Source: Vicugna vicugna
Taxonomy: Eukaryota
DNA: 64,000 bases
Assembly (NCBI GenBank): GCA_013265495.1
Contig: MU057377.1
Location: forward strand, 372,001 to 436,000
Reading direction: 5' to 3'
Below the pieces are notes generated by a model. That model saw only the letters and a program-made list of their open reading frames with translations, was not told the origin of the DNA and did no database searches. The position numbers and the translations under genes are program-made. This document shows positions 52,660 through 64,000 of the stretch, in pieces. Position 1 is the stretch's first letter; the number at the start of each line of letters is the position of its first letter.

Positions 52660-53380
52660 CTCCCACCAGACTCCACTCCAGAGACCCAGCCCCGCCCTAC
52701 CCAGGGACCAGGGCTCCCTCAAGTCCCTGTCGGAGGCCCCAGGCCAGACCACGTGCTGGCCGAGGCAAGGCAGCGAGTTCCCGCCAGACGCACCTGCAGG
52801 CCGAGTGGGCACCGTGGCGTGGATGAGGGCTTGTCGTCGGCAGACACCTGTTCCCTCAAGGGCCCGCTCTGGCGACCTGCCTTCCGCAGCCCCAGGGCAG
52901 ACCCCAGACCCCGGACTACCGTGGCCCACGTTGGCCGCGCACGTGCAGTGCACACTTCAGCCGACAGGGGCGGCCGCACAATACGGTGCGAGACTGCAGC
53001 CGCAGAGCTGGAGACAGGCCCCATTTGGGCGTGCTGCCTGCTGGGGACCCGGGCCTCTCCAGGAACCAGGCCACCGGTCCCACAAGCCAGGCCTCAGGGC
53101 TCCCGAGGCATCCGGCTCCAGGGTGAGGGGGCCTTTGTGTAGGTGCGGGCTTGGACACTGGCAGATGCCTGGTTTCCCCTAAGAGTCCAGCATAGGGATC
53201 CGGCCTCTCCTGAACCGGGTTCTGGCGCGGATTCCCCCTTTCAGGGAGCTCTGAGCGGGGCGCATGCGCAGTTTGCTACCAGGCGCGCAGGTGTCTCTCA
53301 ACGAGGATGCTCGCCCCCGGACCGGCGCATCCCCGGGCGGCTTAGGCAGTCCTGCCGCAGCTGCCACCAGGTGGAATAGG
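52660..53380. other. CpG-rich island in intron 2 with an NRF1 palindrome
   Basis: Abrupt GC/CpG-rich block between very AT-rich flanks; GCGCATGCGC at 53260-53269. Confidence 0.65.
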
Positions 53381-56300
53381 CTCCTATGGGTCGGTTAGGG
53401 CTTGGAATTAAGCAGATTCCTTGTGTCTTCATGACCCTTGAACTCTCCCTGGACCCTGGCTACCCTCAACCACAAGAGACACTCTTGAGTAATAGGCTCT
53501 ATCCCATTTATTTAACCGATTTTATTATTTTGTTTTATAGCTATTTAAATCTTTTTTGTTTCTATAAGTTATCTTTCTGCGAGTCGTAATTGGAATAACC
53601 TCTGCTTTTAATATGAGGCGTGTGTTTTGCTCGTTTTGCTCATCCTTTTCCTACTTTGCCCTGTTCCCTCCTTTTATCATTCGTGAAACAAGAATGTTCT
53701 TGACCCAATTTCATCCTCATCTTTTCAAAACATTCATGGAAGTGAGAGCTCGTTCTAGGAAGAGAAAGAACTGCTCCTTTTTTTGGTCAGCCCTAAGGGC
53801 GGAGGCTGGGGAGCGCCTTCCTGTTCTTCCTCGTGGCCAGTGGTCCTCGCTGAGGTGCCGTCTGTGTCTGGAGGTTCCTTCCCCTGTGCTCCCCCCTCTC
53901 CCAGCTCTGACCCACCCGCCCCTCCTTCCTCATCCAGCCATCTTTCTCTTAGTCCATCTCTGTGCTCTTCCTTCCATCTTAAATGTCGTAACATGTCCAA
54001 AGACGTTATTTAATTTTAAAAATATTATTTCCAGGTCAACGGGCATGACTTCCTGAATCTACTGCCTACATTTGATGTGCGTGTACATGTATTTTTTATG
54101 TGTAAAAACAAGAAAATACATACTAAGTTTAAGTTGGAGCAACCCCATTTCAGGGTCTCCAAGATGCTATGTTTGAAAAACACGCCACTTTTATGAATGG
54201 TTTATAGCTTGCTTTTGTAGTTAAGTTTCTTTGGAAGATTATAGGAAAATTGTTAATGTTCACATTTTCTGTTAAAGATGCCAATATTATACATTTCACA
54301 CTTCTATAATTATAATATTTTAATCACAACAAATCTCTTTCTTGTGTTTCTTTTCATTAGGATAATTGTTATTCCTGACCATTTGAAACGTTATAATGTT
54401 AATAAATTTATGATATGGCAGTTTCAGAAATTAAATTCTTGCCTCGGCATACCATAAAATTCCAGTTTAAACTCATAAACAGGGTGCAGAGATTCCGACC
54501 TCAGTTAACCCATTCCTGGGTATGGTTCTAATATTTGCAAAAAGAAAGCAGTTCAAGTACAGGAAAATGATACTTGTAGAAAGTATTGGTAACGCTGCGT
54601 AAACCGAATCGACACTGGCAGCAGTGGTGACGATATTAAAACAGTGACAACCAACATATGCACAGCCTTAAACCACATGAAAAAAACTGCCACTAAATCG
54701 TTTAATTCTCACCAGGACCCTGAGGTTAGGTGATGTTACTATATTTATATGTGAAAGTGAGGGAACGGAGGCTCAGTACTGCTGTCATTTATCAGTACCC
54801 AGCCACCAGGGAGCTTCAGAGCTGGGCCTGGGGTCCTTGTCTCCCGTGTCTTTCCATGACACCCATTCCTCATGTTACATGCTCCTGTTATGTATGACTG
54901 TGGCCCCTCCTCGCTCAGACCCACGCACACAGCCTGCTGACAGCTAGGAAGGTACTAAGAGGAGGAGTCGGGGAGAGAGGGAGCTTAAGACGGGGCGCTG
55001 CATCCCTAACTGCTAACTACACCACCAGCCAACAGTCAACGCAAGCACGTGGGGAGAGACATCACCCCTTTCTAAGACGTCTCTGCGGTCCTTCCCCCAT
55101 GCAGTTCAGCTCATTGTTATTCACACACGTAGCCAGAGGACAAGAGCCTCAGTTCTCCGTCCTGGACGTGGTGCATCTTTGTTCTGCTCATGGACCACTT
55201 TTTCTCCAGAGCCTTTCCTGACTCTGAGCAGCAGCTTTCTTCGTGCTTCCTCAGCACTCTGTTCAGAGACAGATTGTAACGTTTGTTTACACGCCTCCTC
55301 CCTGAATAGGCTGTGAGCATTTTGTCAGGGATAAACCTTGTCTTCGTCATCTTTGTGTCTCCACGGGCTCGCACCGTGTCCGGTGCCCTGAAAGGATGTG
55401 ATAAATATTTGCTGAGCGAATGGCACTTGTTATTTTGTGCACTCGTTCAACAAACATTTGTCAAAAGCCAGAAACTTTATTTCTCCATAAAAACTATTTC
55501 TAGTGGCTCCAGTCCTGAGCAAAAGCCTGAACAAGTGTTTAATTGCCTTTCTATGACACTGCCAAAATTGATCAATTTCATAATTAAGAGCATATAGAAA
55601 AACAGCCATTTTCCTTTGATAAAATAAAAATACAACCTGTGAAATTAAAAAGTTACCTTTAGGCTGTTACACATTATTTGCCTTTTGGGCTTGAAAGATA
55701 TTTGTTATGGGCACATTATGTGGTGAGTAAAATTTGAGATTTCTAGATAGGTACCCATAGAATCAATATTTAAATGTTCTTCAAACTGGTGTCATACATT
55801 GAGTGTACTTATACAAATATGGGCTATTTATTAATAATTATTCCCAGTAAATTGATGTAAGTTCATCAAAAGTTCTGTCTTAATTTTGCAATCAGGAATG
55901 TCGTTTCAGTAAAAAAAAAAAATCCATGATAATGGTAATGATAGTAATTATTTCTCATGAAATAAGCTTATACTTTACAGTAAATAATAATTTTTCCCAG
56001 ATTATTTTCATGACCATTAAATTATCCATTTGATCTGTCATAGACGTTTCAAAGTGATTTAGTTGATCGAAAATACATTTAGAAAAGTTGGAACATCAAG
56101 CCCAGATTCAAGTCTCCACAGTGACTGAAATTCAAAGTATGCCTTTGGTAAACGCCAACGAAGCGGCAGTGTCGCAGTGAGCTGCCTCTTAGAATCCGAA
56201 TGCGTGAGGACTGTTGGAGAAAGCTCAGAAAAGAACACGAAAAACTATCGGGAAAAGGTCTGACAGGAAATTTTAAATGAGTATCCATCATGTAATGCAG

Positions 56301-56392
56301 AGAAGCAGGGTTAAGTTTCAGGTGTGCACTTTGGAAAGACTGCGTGGTTAGAAATACTCTGAAGGGCGGGCCTGGGCCGGATGATTCGGACT

Positions 56393-56411
56393 TCCCACCA
56401 GAGGGCGGTAG
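56393..56411 (+). promoter_or_regulatory. CTCF core motif
   Basis: CCACCAGAGGGCGGTA at 56395-56410 fits CCASYAGRKGGCRS. Confidence 0.65.
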
Positions 56412-56599
56412 AGAGCAGGCCCAGGAGGCGGGCTCTCATTTTGTTTGCATGGTCACATCATTTTTGTGTTAATTTCTGTCTTAAATTTTAGAAGATAAAA
56501 AGGCGTTATCGTTAAAATACTTGTCTTGCACTCCCTCCTCTCAAATAATATGGTCCATTTACTTGGATTACGGCATTAATCTCCATTAGGTACCCTAAT

Positions 56600-57125
56600 T
56601 CTACCCTAACACCTCCCTGCACTGCGTCTTCAGAGTAACAAGCAGAGAGAGATTGTTAAACTGCGAGTGGAACCATTTCAGTCCTCTGCTCAAAACTCTC
56701 CAACAACTTCCCTTCTCACTTAGAGGAAGAGCCGAAGTCCTTACGGTGGCCTTCAAGCTCCAGTAGTCTGACCCGTGCCTCCTTCTTGTTCACCCCACCC
56801 AAGTCACAGCAATCTTATTCTGCTTCCCCATCATTCCAAGTACCTCAGGGCCTTTGCACCTGCTGCTCCTCTGCCAGAGGTGCTGCTCCACAGGACGTTT
56901 GCCTGACTCCCTGCCTCTGCCCTCTCTAAGGTCGTTCACGTGTCACCTTCTCAGCGAGGCCTTCCCAGCGAGATCAGTCTATCTAGAGTTCAACCCCTAA
57001 CTCCCGCTTTTTTTGTTCTACATTTTTCCACTGAATTTTCTCACTGTCTAATCTCACCACATATTTTATTTACCTACGACTTATTTTGCATGCTTCTTGC
57101 TCTTCCCTCTTGAATGTAGGGGCAC
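56600..57125 (+). mobile_element. L2 3' fragment (others at about 2280-3190, 27215-27690, 29540-30900, 40600-41080, 50850-51410 and 55200-55420)
   Basis: cctctgctcaaaactctccaa..., cctcagggcctttgcacctgctg, gtcaccttctcagcgaggccttccc. Confidence 0.75.
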
Positions 57126-59259
57126 TTCTACATTACTATTTCTGTTGGTAGAAGAAGTCTGCCGCTTTCCCGTTCAGCTGACACGGGCGTTTGCGCCAAG
57201 GCGGTGCGGACTCTCCGGACCCCCCGGGAGCCTCTCTGCAGTTCAGCGCTGGGGCGGGAGGGAGGCCCAGGGCAGGATCCCCGCGGGGCGCGCTCTCTGC
57301 GAGCGAGCGCTACCACTCTGTCCTCTCCTACCTCCCTGTCTTTTAAAATTTATTACATTTCCTGACTTTGCTGCTCAGAGGAACGCGGGCTCTCTGCTGT
57401 CAGCCGGGTTCTTTATGATCGCTCTAAATTTGGAAGCGGCACACCGCAGCTCGGTGGCTGTAACACGGTTTCCAGGATTCGCGATGCCTGGGGACATTGG
57501 ACCAGCCGGTGCCCAGCACATCCACGCTGAGCGCTCCAGCTGGCCCCTGGATGATACAGACCTTCTTTGGGTTTCCCATTAATTGGCCTGAGCTGCCACG
57601 AACACTGGTAACCATGGGACAGTGCCCCCCTCCCCAAACCCAAACAAACAAACAAAACCAAGCCTCCTTGGGGCTCTGAAGGATGGGGCAGGGCAAGAGA
57701 AGTTTCCAAATGAGGCTCAAGTACACTTAGCTCCTGGCTCCTGGCCTGGCTGTGAATAGAGTCACCGGTACACGCGGCTCTCCGAAGGCAGAAGCTGACC
57801 GCCTGCGGTTCAGAACACCCTGGGGAGTGGCTACCGCTGAGTCAGGGCTGAGGATGAGCCGGGAGACCCCGGACCAGGCTGGTTTACTCGGGGAGGGGGC
57901 TGGGATCAAGGCGCCATCACACCTTCCTATCTAAACAGGCCTAACCAGCTGATACCTGGCTCTTACTGCTGTCAGAGTCTTCCATTTAAATTCTTTTTGC
58001 AGGTACATTGTATATATGCCACCCGAAAAGCTGAAATAATAAAATGTGCCTGCTTTCCTGGGAAACAAAAGAAAAACATATTCAAACAGGGAGGGACACT
58101 ATCAAGTCAGGGTTTGAGCAAAGGGAAGCCTCCTCATTGTGGACGTTGTTACAGTGAGAAGAAGGCCTTGACCCTTACTGGGCCCCAGAGATACGACGGA
58201 TCTACAGTATAAATTAGTTTACTGCACAGTGGAATGCCTTCCGATGGGGTTCTGCTGCATCTCACATTTGGGATATATCCTTGATGTCGTTTATGCCTTA
58301 ATTTAGACCACTTAAAGGGTTCATTAAAATCTAATTAAATGAAGATGCAAAAAGTAAAAAGTGCATACACCATAAAACATAATTTTTTCAAGCTGTGTTT
58401 TTGCAATGAGATGACTTTCAGAACACTGCAGTTAAAATGGCTGAGACACTCCATCTCAGGTCTATTCCTTTGAGTCACCACTCACAACACTGTTAGCAGC
58501 AGGAAATGGAAGATATTATCTTAATAAGCTATAATGGTTTTTAAATGTGACCATTTTAAACAGAAGCGATCCCAAAGCATCCCCGCAAAAAGTTACTTCT
58601 TATTTTTATTCAAAAATTAATAAGACTGATTTTGGTGGTGAGCACACCGTGATGTCTACAAAAGTAGAGATATAATGCTGAATTCATGAAATATATAATG
58701 ATATGAATCAGTTACCTCAAAAATAAGTTAAAAATTTAAACATTGAAATTCAATTGCTATAACTCAGCTAAAAGAATGGACATGATAGTATAGCATACGA
58801 ACAAGGAGTTTTTCACATAGAAGTAGTTTCATAAGCTCCTTGACTATGACTATTAGCACAGAATTGGTAATTAAAAGGCATTCGATAAAATAATTTTCCA
58901 CTTGACACAAGCATTTCGCCATCATAAATGATGCACCAAGTAGTAGAGAAGGTAAAATCTAGTTTAATATCTATATTAGTTTCATCTCCAGGAAGGGTGC
59001 CCAGAAACACAGGGAAGAATTTAGAAAATTAGAGCAATCCAGTGACAGCTTATTAAGCCACCATTATTCACTGTGCTGAGTTCTCCTCTTCTTAATTCAC
59101 TAGCTGACGTCACAGAGCTGGGAGTGAGGAGGCCAGGAGAGCAGTGAGCCCAAGTTGGAATGAATGAACGTGACAGAGCAAAGACCTCTTACAGTGGACG
59201 GAAAATCCACGGGGTAAAGCCACGGAAGGAAGACGGTGGCCAGGCAGAGCTGACCTAAA

Positions 59260-60360
59260 TGCGCCGCGGACTCGGGACAATGAGGCGGGCGCGGGGTGCT
59301 GAGCGCGAGAACAAGGCGCAGCAGGTGCCCTTGCGATGCATCCGCCCTTGTTGCCCCGTCACTAAATCAACATCCACAGAAACTTCGGGAAGAGACGGGA
59401 GGGACTATTATTTGCTATTTCCAGGAGATTCTGCAAGAGTGACGTCTGCATTGGTGACGTCTTGACTGCTCCCATCCCCTGTGCCCCGTCAGCCTCGCTA
59501 CCCTCGGCGTGTTCACTTCAGCACTGGTCACCCACCTCCGCCGTCCACCCCGTGGTCCCCTCCCCAGGCCGCCCCGGCGGGAGCGGGCACCGCAGCCAGG
59601 ACGGCGGGAGTCCGCTCCGGCGGGGAACCTGCAGGAGCCGCCGGAGAGCGAGGTCCCGCGGGGCCCGCTGCTTCCAGGCGGCGTCTGCGCGTCCGGGAAC
59701 AGGCGAAACCGCGGCGGCGCAGCGCGCGACCGCGACGCCCGGGGCCCCCTTGCAGCTCCGCGCGCTTTCCGCCCACAGATCAGCCCCTGTCGAGGCCACG
59801 TCCACAAGCGAGTGGACGGGACATCAAAGGCCAGGTCTGCTCCTGTCACGTGGACGAGAAGGCTACTTACGCCACCTGGGATTCAAGCGGGGGCACACTT
59901 ACCCGAGTAAGGGCGGGGACACAGGCAGGCGTATCTCCCGATCTCATTGAGGCACGTGGCCCCGTTCCCGCAGGGATGTGACGCACACTCGTCCACCTCC
60001 ACGTCGCAGTGGCGGCCCTGGTAGCCCGGGACGCAGAAGCAGGCGTAGCCGTTGGCCCCGTCCCGGCACACGGCGCCGTTGCGGCAGGGGCTGGACGCGC
60101 ACTCGTCGCGGTCCAGCTCGCAGAAGCTTCCGGCAAACCCGGGAGGGCAGACGCAGGCGGGCTGCGCGGGGCCGAGGCGGCAGACGCCTCCGTGCTGGCA
60201 GGGGCCCGCGCCGCAGGCTTCGTCGGCCGTGTCGCAGGCGGCGCCGCTGGATCCGGGAGGACATCGGCACAGAAAGCCCCGCTCCCCGGGGGCGCTCACG
60301 CACGTGGCGTTGCCGGGGCAGGGGCTGGAGACGCAGGGGTCTGGCTCCTCGTCGCAGCCT
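59260..60360. other. CpG island over the 3' part of exon 2 and the start of intron 2
   Basis: Very high GC and CpG density, which also produces many overlapping spurious ORFs. Confidence 0.8.
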
Positions 60361-60484
60361 TTGCCCAGATGAAGGGCTGTGTCTGCGCAAGGGCAACTGT
60401 GGTCTTCTGACGCATCCTTGCAGGTGGAATTGTTCTGGCAGGAATGTGAGAGGCACTCGGTGTCGTTTTCATTGCAAAAGGAAT
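59903..60484 (-). CDS. CRB1: CRB1 exon 2 (582 bp), N-terminal EGF-like repeats
   Basis: Acceptor ttttatttccttgcag|ATTCC at 60485/60484 and donor TCGG|gtaagt at 59903/59902. Translates to [23 protein letters not shown]...[69 protein letters not shown], collinear with recalled human CRB1 ([23 protein letters not shown]...[22 protein letters not shown]). Phase 1 at both ends. Confidence 0.97.
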
Positions 60485-61356
60485 CTGCAAGGAAATAAAA
60501 AACAAAACAGAACAGGATGAATAAATGGAGGGTGATAAAATTAAAGAGCGTCCTCCTCTCCGCCCTTGGTTCATTTCAGACACGCTCATTAAATGCAATA
60601 CAAAGTTGGCTGCATTCTCATGAGGAATTTGTCAAATGACGTCTAACAGTGAGTTTTGTCACTAATGATGATTTGTCACTGTTTTCAGAGCTGCTAACGA
60701 GAAACAAAAATGGCTGGTTTGAGAAGCTTCGCAGCCCTTGCGTTTTCCTTTCTCAGGTGGAGGTGCCGTCGAGCAACGGGGTGAATTGAAGCAACAGCTG
60801 AATTGTCCCGCATACACGAAATTTTGAAATTCACATTCTCTCATGGAGGGTTTTGGGGTGTCCTGGAAGATGAGATACAAAATTGTCTCTGAATATACCG
60901 CCGAACTGAACCTAATACTGGAATGAAGACTAAACCTTGGCTGGTGACTGCTTTATGGCAATCACTGTGGATGCTCTACAAAGAAAAGCACGGAAAAATG
61001 AAAATATAAAAATAAAATAAAACACCAACTGTTGAAGGTCTACTTTGGTAGCAAGCAGGTCAGGTGTTTCACATGTATTACTTCTAACCCTCACAGCAGC
61101 ACCACATTACTACGCACATCTTAGAGATGACGGATTAAGCCCCACCGCAAGGAAGCAGATGTTATAAAGTTTCCGGATTTTCAGTTTTCTGAAAGATTCT
61201 CTGTTCTGGGGACACATTTTTGAAATTCTAATTGAAATGATAACCTGCCAGAAAGCAATAATTCTATGATTCTTCTCCAAATTCATCAGATACGTGCATG
61301 TGTATAAATTTTCCCTGAACATACACACATTGTGACCACAGCACCGTTATTTTCTT

Positions 61357-61438
61357 TTTTTATTCTTATTTTTTAAATTGAAGTGTAGTCTATTTACAGT
61401 GTTAGTTTCAGGTGTACAGCAAAGCAATTCAGTTATAG

Positions 61439-61473
<35 letters not shown>

Positions 61474-61626
61474 TATTTTCAGTTTGTTTTCTGTTATGGC
61501 TCATTGCAAGAAATTGAATACAGTTCCCTGCACTATAAAGCAGGTCCTTGTTGTTTATCTATTTTATATACAGCAGTGTGCATCTGTTCATCTGAAACCC
61601 CTGATCTATCCCTGCCCCCCAGCCCT
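61357..61626 (-). mobile_element. Short L1 3' end with TSD and an internal (CA)n
   Basis: aattgaagtgtagtctatttacagtgttagtttcaggtgtacagc...gcaggtccttgttgtttatc. 11-bp TSD gttattttctt at 61346-61356 and 61627-61637. Confidence 0.88.
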
Positions 61627-61939
61627 GTTATTTTCTTAATCGTGTATATTGAGAAGCTTTACGATTTGGCAACTCAATCGTACCAGTTCACAAAACACTG
61701 TCTTTTGCATGTGGATTCATCTAATACATCATGCTCTTATTTTTATTTCCTTTCTCACAATATTGCTTATGAATACAATAGTGGCTAACAGGACAGGCCT
61801 GTAATTTTTTAAATTACAAAATGAAGCATTTGCTCTTATGATACGAGACCTCCATCAGTGACTGTCAGGAGACAGCAGCACGCACACCTCAGGGGATCTG
61901 CAATGACAAGCCTCTCCCCTCTCAACCCGCAGAAGGCGA

Positions 61940-62655
61940 AGGGGAAAGAACTTAAAGTTATGACGGAATATAAAGAACGCTCCTATAATTAAAAACAAGT
62001 ATATAGATTTAAAGTTTGTATGAAGTGCCCTAGATAATGAATGAAAGGCTAAATCCACAGCAAATCCCTGAGGTGGGACAGGAAACCGCTCATTCACAAA
62101 GCCTCAGAAATCAGAACAAGCATTCGCCTTACGGACGGAAACACTGGAAGCTAGAGGGCATTCGAACCATGCCTCAAAATTCTTGAAAGGAAATAATCTC
62201 CGAATTAGAATTCTGTGCCCAGCTAAACTAGCAATCATCCCCGAAGGGAGAAGAAAAATATTTTCAGGGATGCAGGGATTAAAATTTCCAGCTTTCATCC
62301 TCATTTTTCAGGCAGATCTTTCAAAATATACAGTCCATGGAAATGAGAGTGTAAAGCAAGAAAGAGAGCATGGAGTCCAGGGTACGGGGGATCTAGCAAA
62401 GGAAAGGAGTGAGCAATGTTACTGACAATTGCTCCCTGTACGGCAGGTGTGTTACCAGCGGGTACAGAGATTAACCAGTCCTGAGAGCAGAAAACGTGGG
62501 GCCCCAGGAAGGATGCGCAGTAAGGAAAATGCACGGAGTGTCATGTAAGAGAAGTGATGGAAAATTAAACAGAACATTTAGGGAATAAAAAACCTCTCAC
62601 TGGCATTACTTCTAGGGAAAACTGTAAGTTGTACAGGAAGGAGATGGAATCATAG
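61940..62655 (+). mobile_element. Old L1 ORF1-region remnant, continuing after the LTR to about 63480
   Basis: aacactggaagctagagggca...tcaaaattcttgaaaggaaataat...tagaattctgtgcccagctaaacta. Confidence 0.65.
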
Positions 62656-63119
62656 TGTTACGGAAACGACAGGCCAGCCAAGAAACAAGCACCACTAGGA
62701 GGGTTGGAGTCCTCAGATGTATTACGCCGGCGGGCTCAGAGGGGCTTCTGCTCCGAAGCTCTGAGCACCTCCAAGACGTGCGCATGAGGTTTTACAGGGT
62801 TAAGTACAAGCTTGGGGTATTCGGCCAATAGGCATGGAACAGCTTTAGCAGCATCATTATCACAAAAGTGGAGGCAGGGAGGCAGCAAACCAACATTCCA
62901 AAGCCAGATATATATCTTTGAAAATCCAGCTGGCTAGCAAAAAAACATGAACAGCAAACCAACACTAATTAACCTAGATTTACAAGTTAGTCTAGCAGAA
63001 CTCAATCAGTATTCCAATACTTAGATTTGTGAGTTATCTTGTTAGCCCAGCCCAGCCCCTCCTTCACATTCCTAGACTTGTGAGTTATCTTGTTAGACCA
63101 GCCCGGTTTTTCCTTCACA
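62656..63119 (-). mobile_element. Solo ERV LTR (ERV1-like, 464 bp)
   Basis: TG...CA termini and a 4-bp TSD ATAG (62652-62655, 63120-63123). The minus strand reads U3 (about 51-bp tandem duplication), then TATA-like TGTAAAA, then GAGCCCGCCGGCGTAATACA (polyA-like), then U5. It interrupts an older L1. Confidence 0.85.
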
Positions 63120-63780
63120 ATAGCACACTATGGAGCTGAAGGAAATTCTCTATAATAGCAATAATAGTAATAAAGTGATGCTTTCAGGTGGAGCTGAGGG
63201 AGTGAGTGTGTGGGTGCCCGTGTGTGACCGAGAACTGCGGGAAAGCTCAGTCCACGTGTACTGCAGGAGAATTCCAAACAATTATGCCAGTATCTAAAAC
63301 TGTAAGAAATATTTAGAAGAGTTTTAAATAGTTGCATCTAGGGGGGTGCAGGCTGGGAGTGGGGAGCTGGAATGGGATGGTAATAAGGGTATGACACTTC
63401 CCCTCATAACCCTTAGTGGCTTTTAAAGGATTACTGAATAAATGTCATAAAAATAATTTTCAAAGCAGAATAGGTAGATGTATACTTTAGTCACACACAC
63501 ACCTCCATCACTTTGTTGACATGTACACTCTGAATTATGTTTTCAGTGCTGGTCCTGGACAAGATGATTTATTAAGCACATCCTTTTCCTGGGTCTTCGA
63601 GGTGGATGGTGTCATTGGCACCGTTGGTACCGTTTGCTGCCTGGGTTTATGGGTGTGTCCACAGGTGAGATGCTAACAGGCCTTCTTGGAAACACAGCCT
63701 GTGACAAGGCATCATTAACTGATGCTTCAGCTGACTGTACTAAACAAGCAAAGACATTTGCCTGCCAAGAAAAAACTCAT

Positions 63781-63922
63781 GGCGGGGAGAGTATAGCTCA
63801 GTGGTAGAGTGTGTGGTTCAATCTCCAGTGCCTCCATTAAAAATGAATTTTAAAAAACCTAATTACTTCCCTCGCCTAAATAAATAAACCACAAATAAAA
63901 AATAAATTTAAAAAATTAAAAA
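63781..63922 (+). mobile_element. Second Vic-1-like SINE with an internal deletion
   Basis: ggggagagtatagctcagtggtagag...ggttcaatctccagtgcctcc...acctaattacttccc plus A-rich tail. It lacks the anticodon-region segment present in the 37.8 kb copy. Confidence 0.82.
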
Positions 63923-64000
63923 AGAAAATCATATTTTTCAAACATATAATGGAGCTGTGATTTACGCCTTATTAAAAATAACTAATTAAAGAGCCAACTA

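Noticed and set aside
59415..60520. Many overlapping 80-180 aa ORFs on both strands
   Set aside because: Arg/Pro/Gly-rich products of stop-codon scarcity in a CpG island. Only the EGF frame has splice-site support.

Overview
Mammalian genomic DNA, most likely a camelid, judged from two Vic-1-like tRNA-Ala-derived SINEs. The whole window lies inside the retinal gene CRB1 (Crumbs homolog 1), transcribed on the minus strand. Four EGF-repeat coding exons are present with intact AG/GT sites, one continuous frame and the exon sizes I recall for human CRB1: exon 2 (60484-59903, 582 bp), exon 3 (47695-47500, 196 bp), exon 4 (44915-44776, 140 bp) and exon 5 (38929-38747, 183 bp). Exon 1 lies beyond 64000 and exon 6 below position 1. 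Deep in intron 5, and missing from the ORF track, is the alternative first coding exon (5c) of the photoreceptor isoform CRB1-B (4500-4449, MFGAGTQGLHILMAMLI-G). It has a candidate TATA box, a CRX-type motif, an RFX-type motif and two uORFs. The rest is intron with L1/L2/MIR/SINE/LTR repeats, two strong CTCF motifs and several CpG-rich patches. The most unusual signal is patchy AT-to-GC substitution bias affecting CRB1 exons 2 and 5 and also dead L1 fragments, which points to GC-biased gene conversion. I found no support for a wholly new biological system. Human comparisons and repeat subfamily names come from recall, not from a database search, and repeat boundaries are approximate unless a target-site duplication (TSD) is given.
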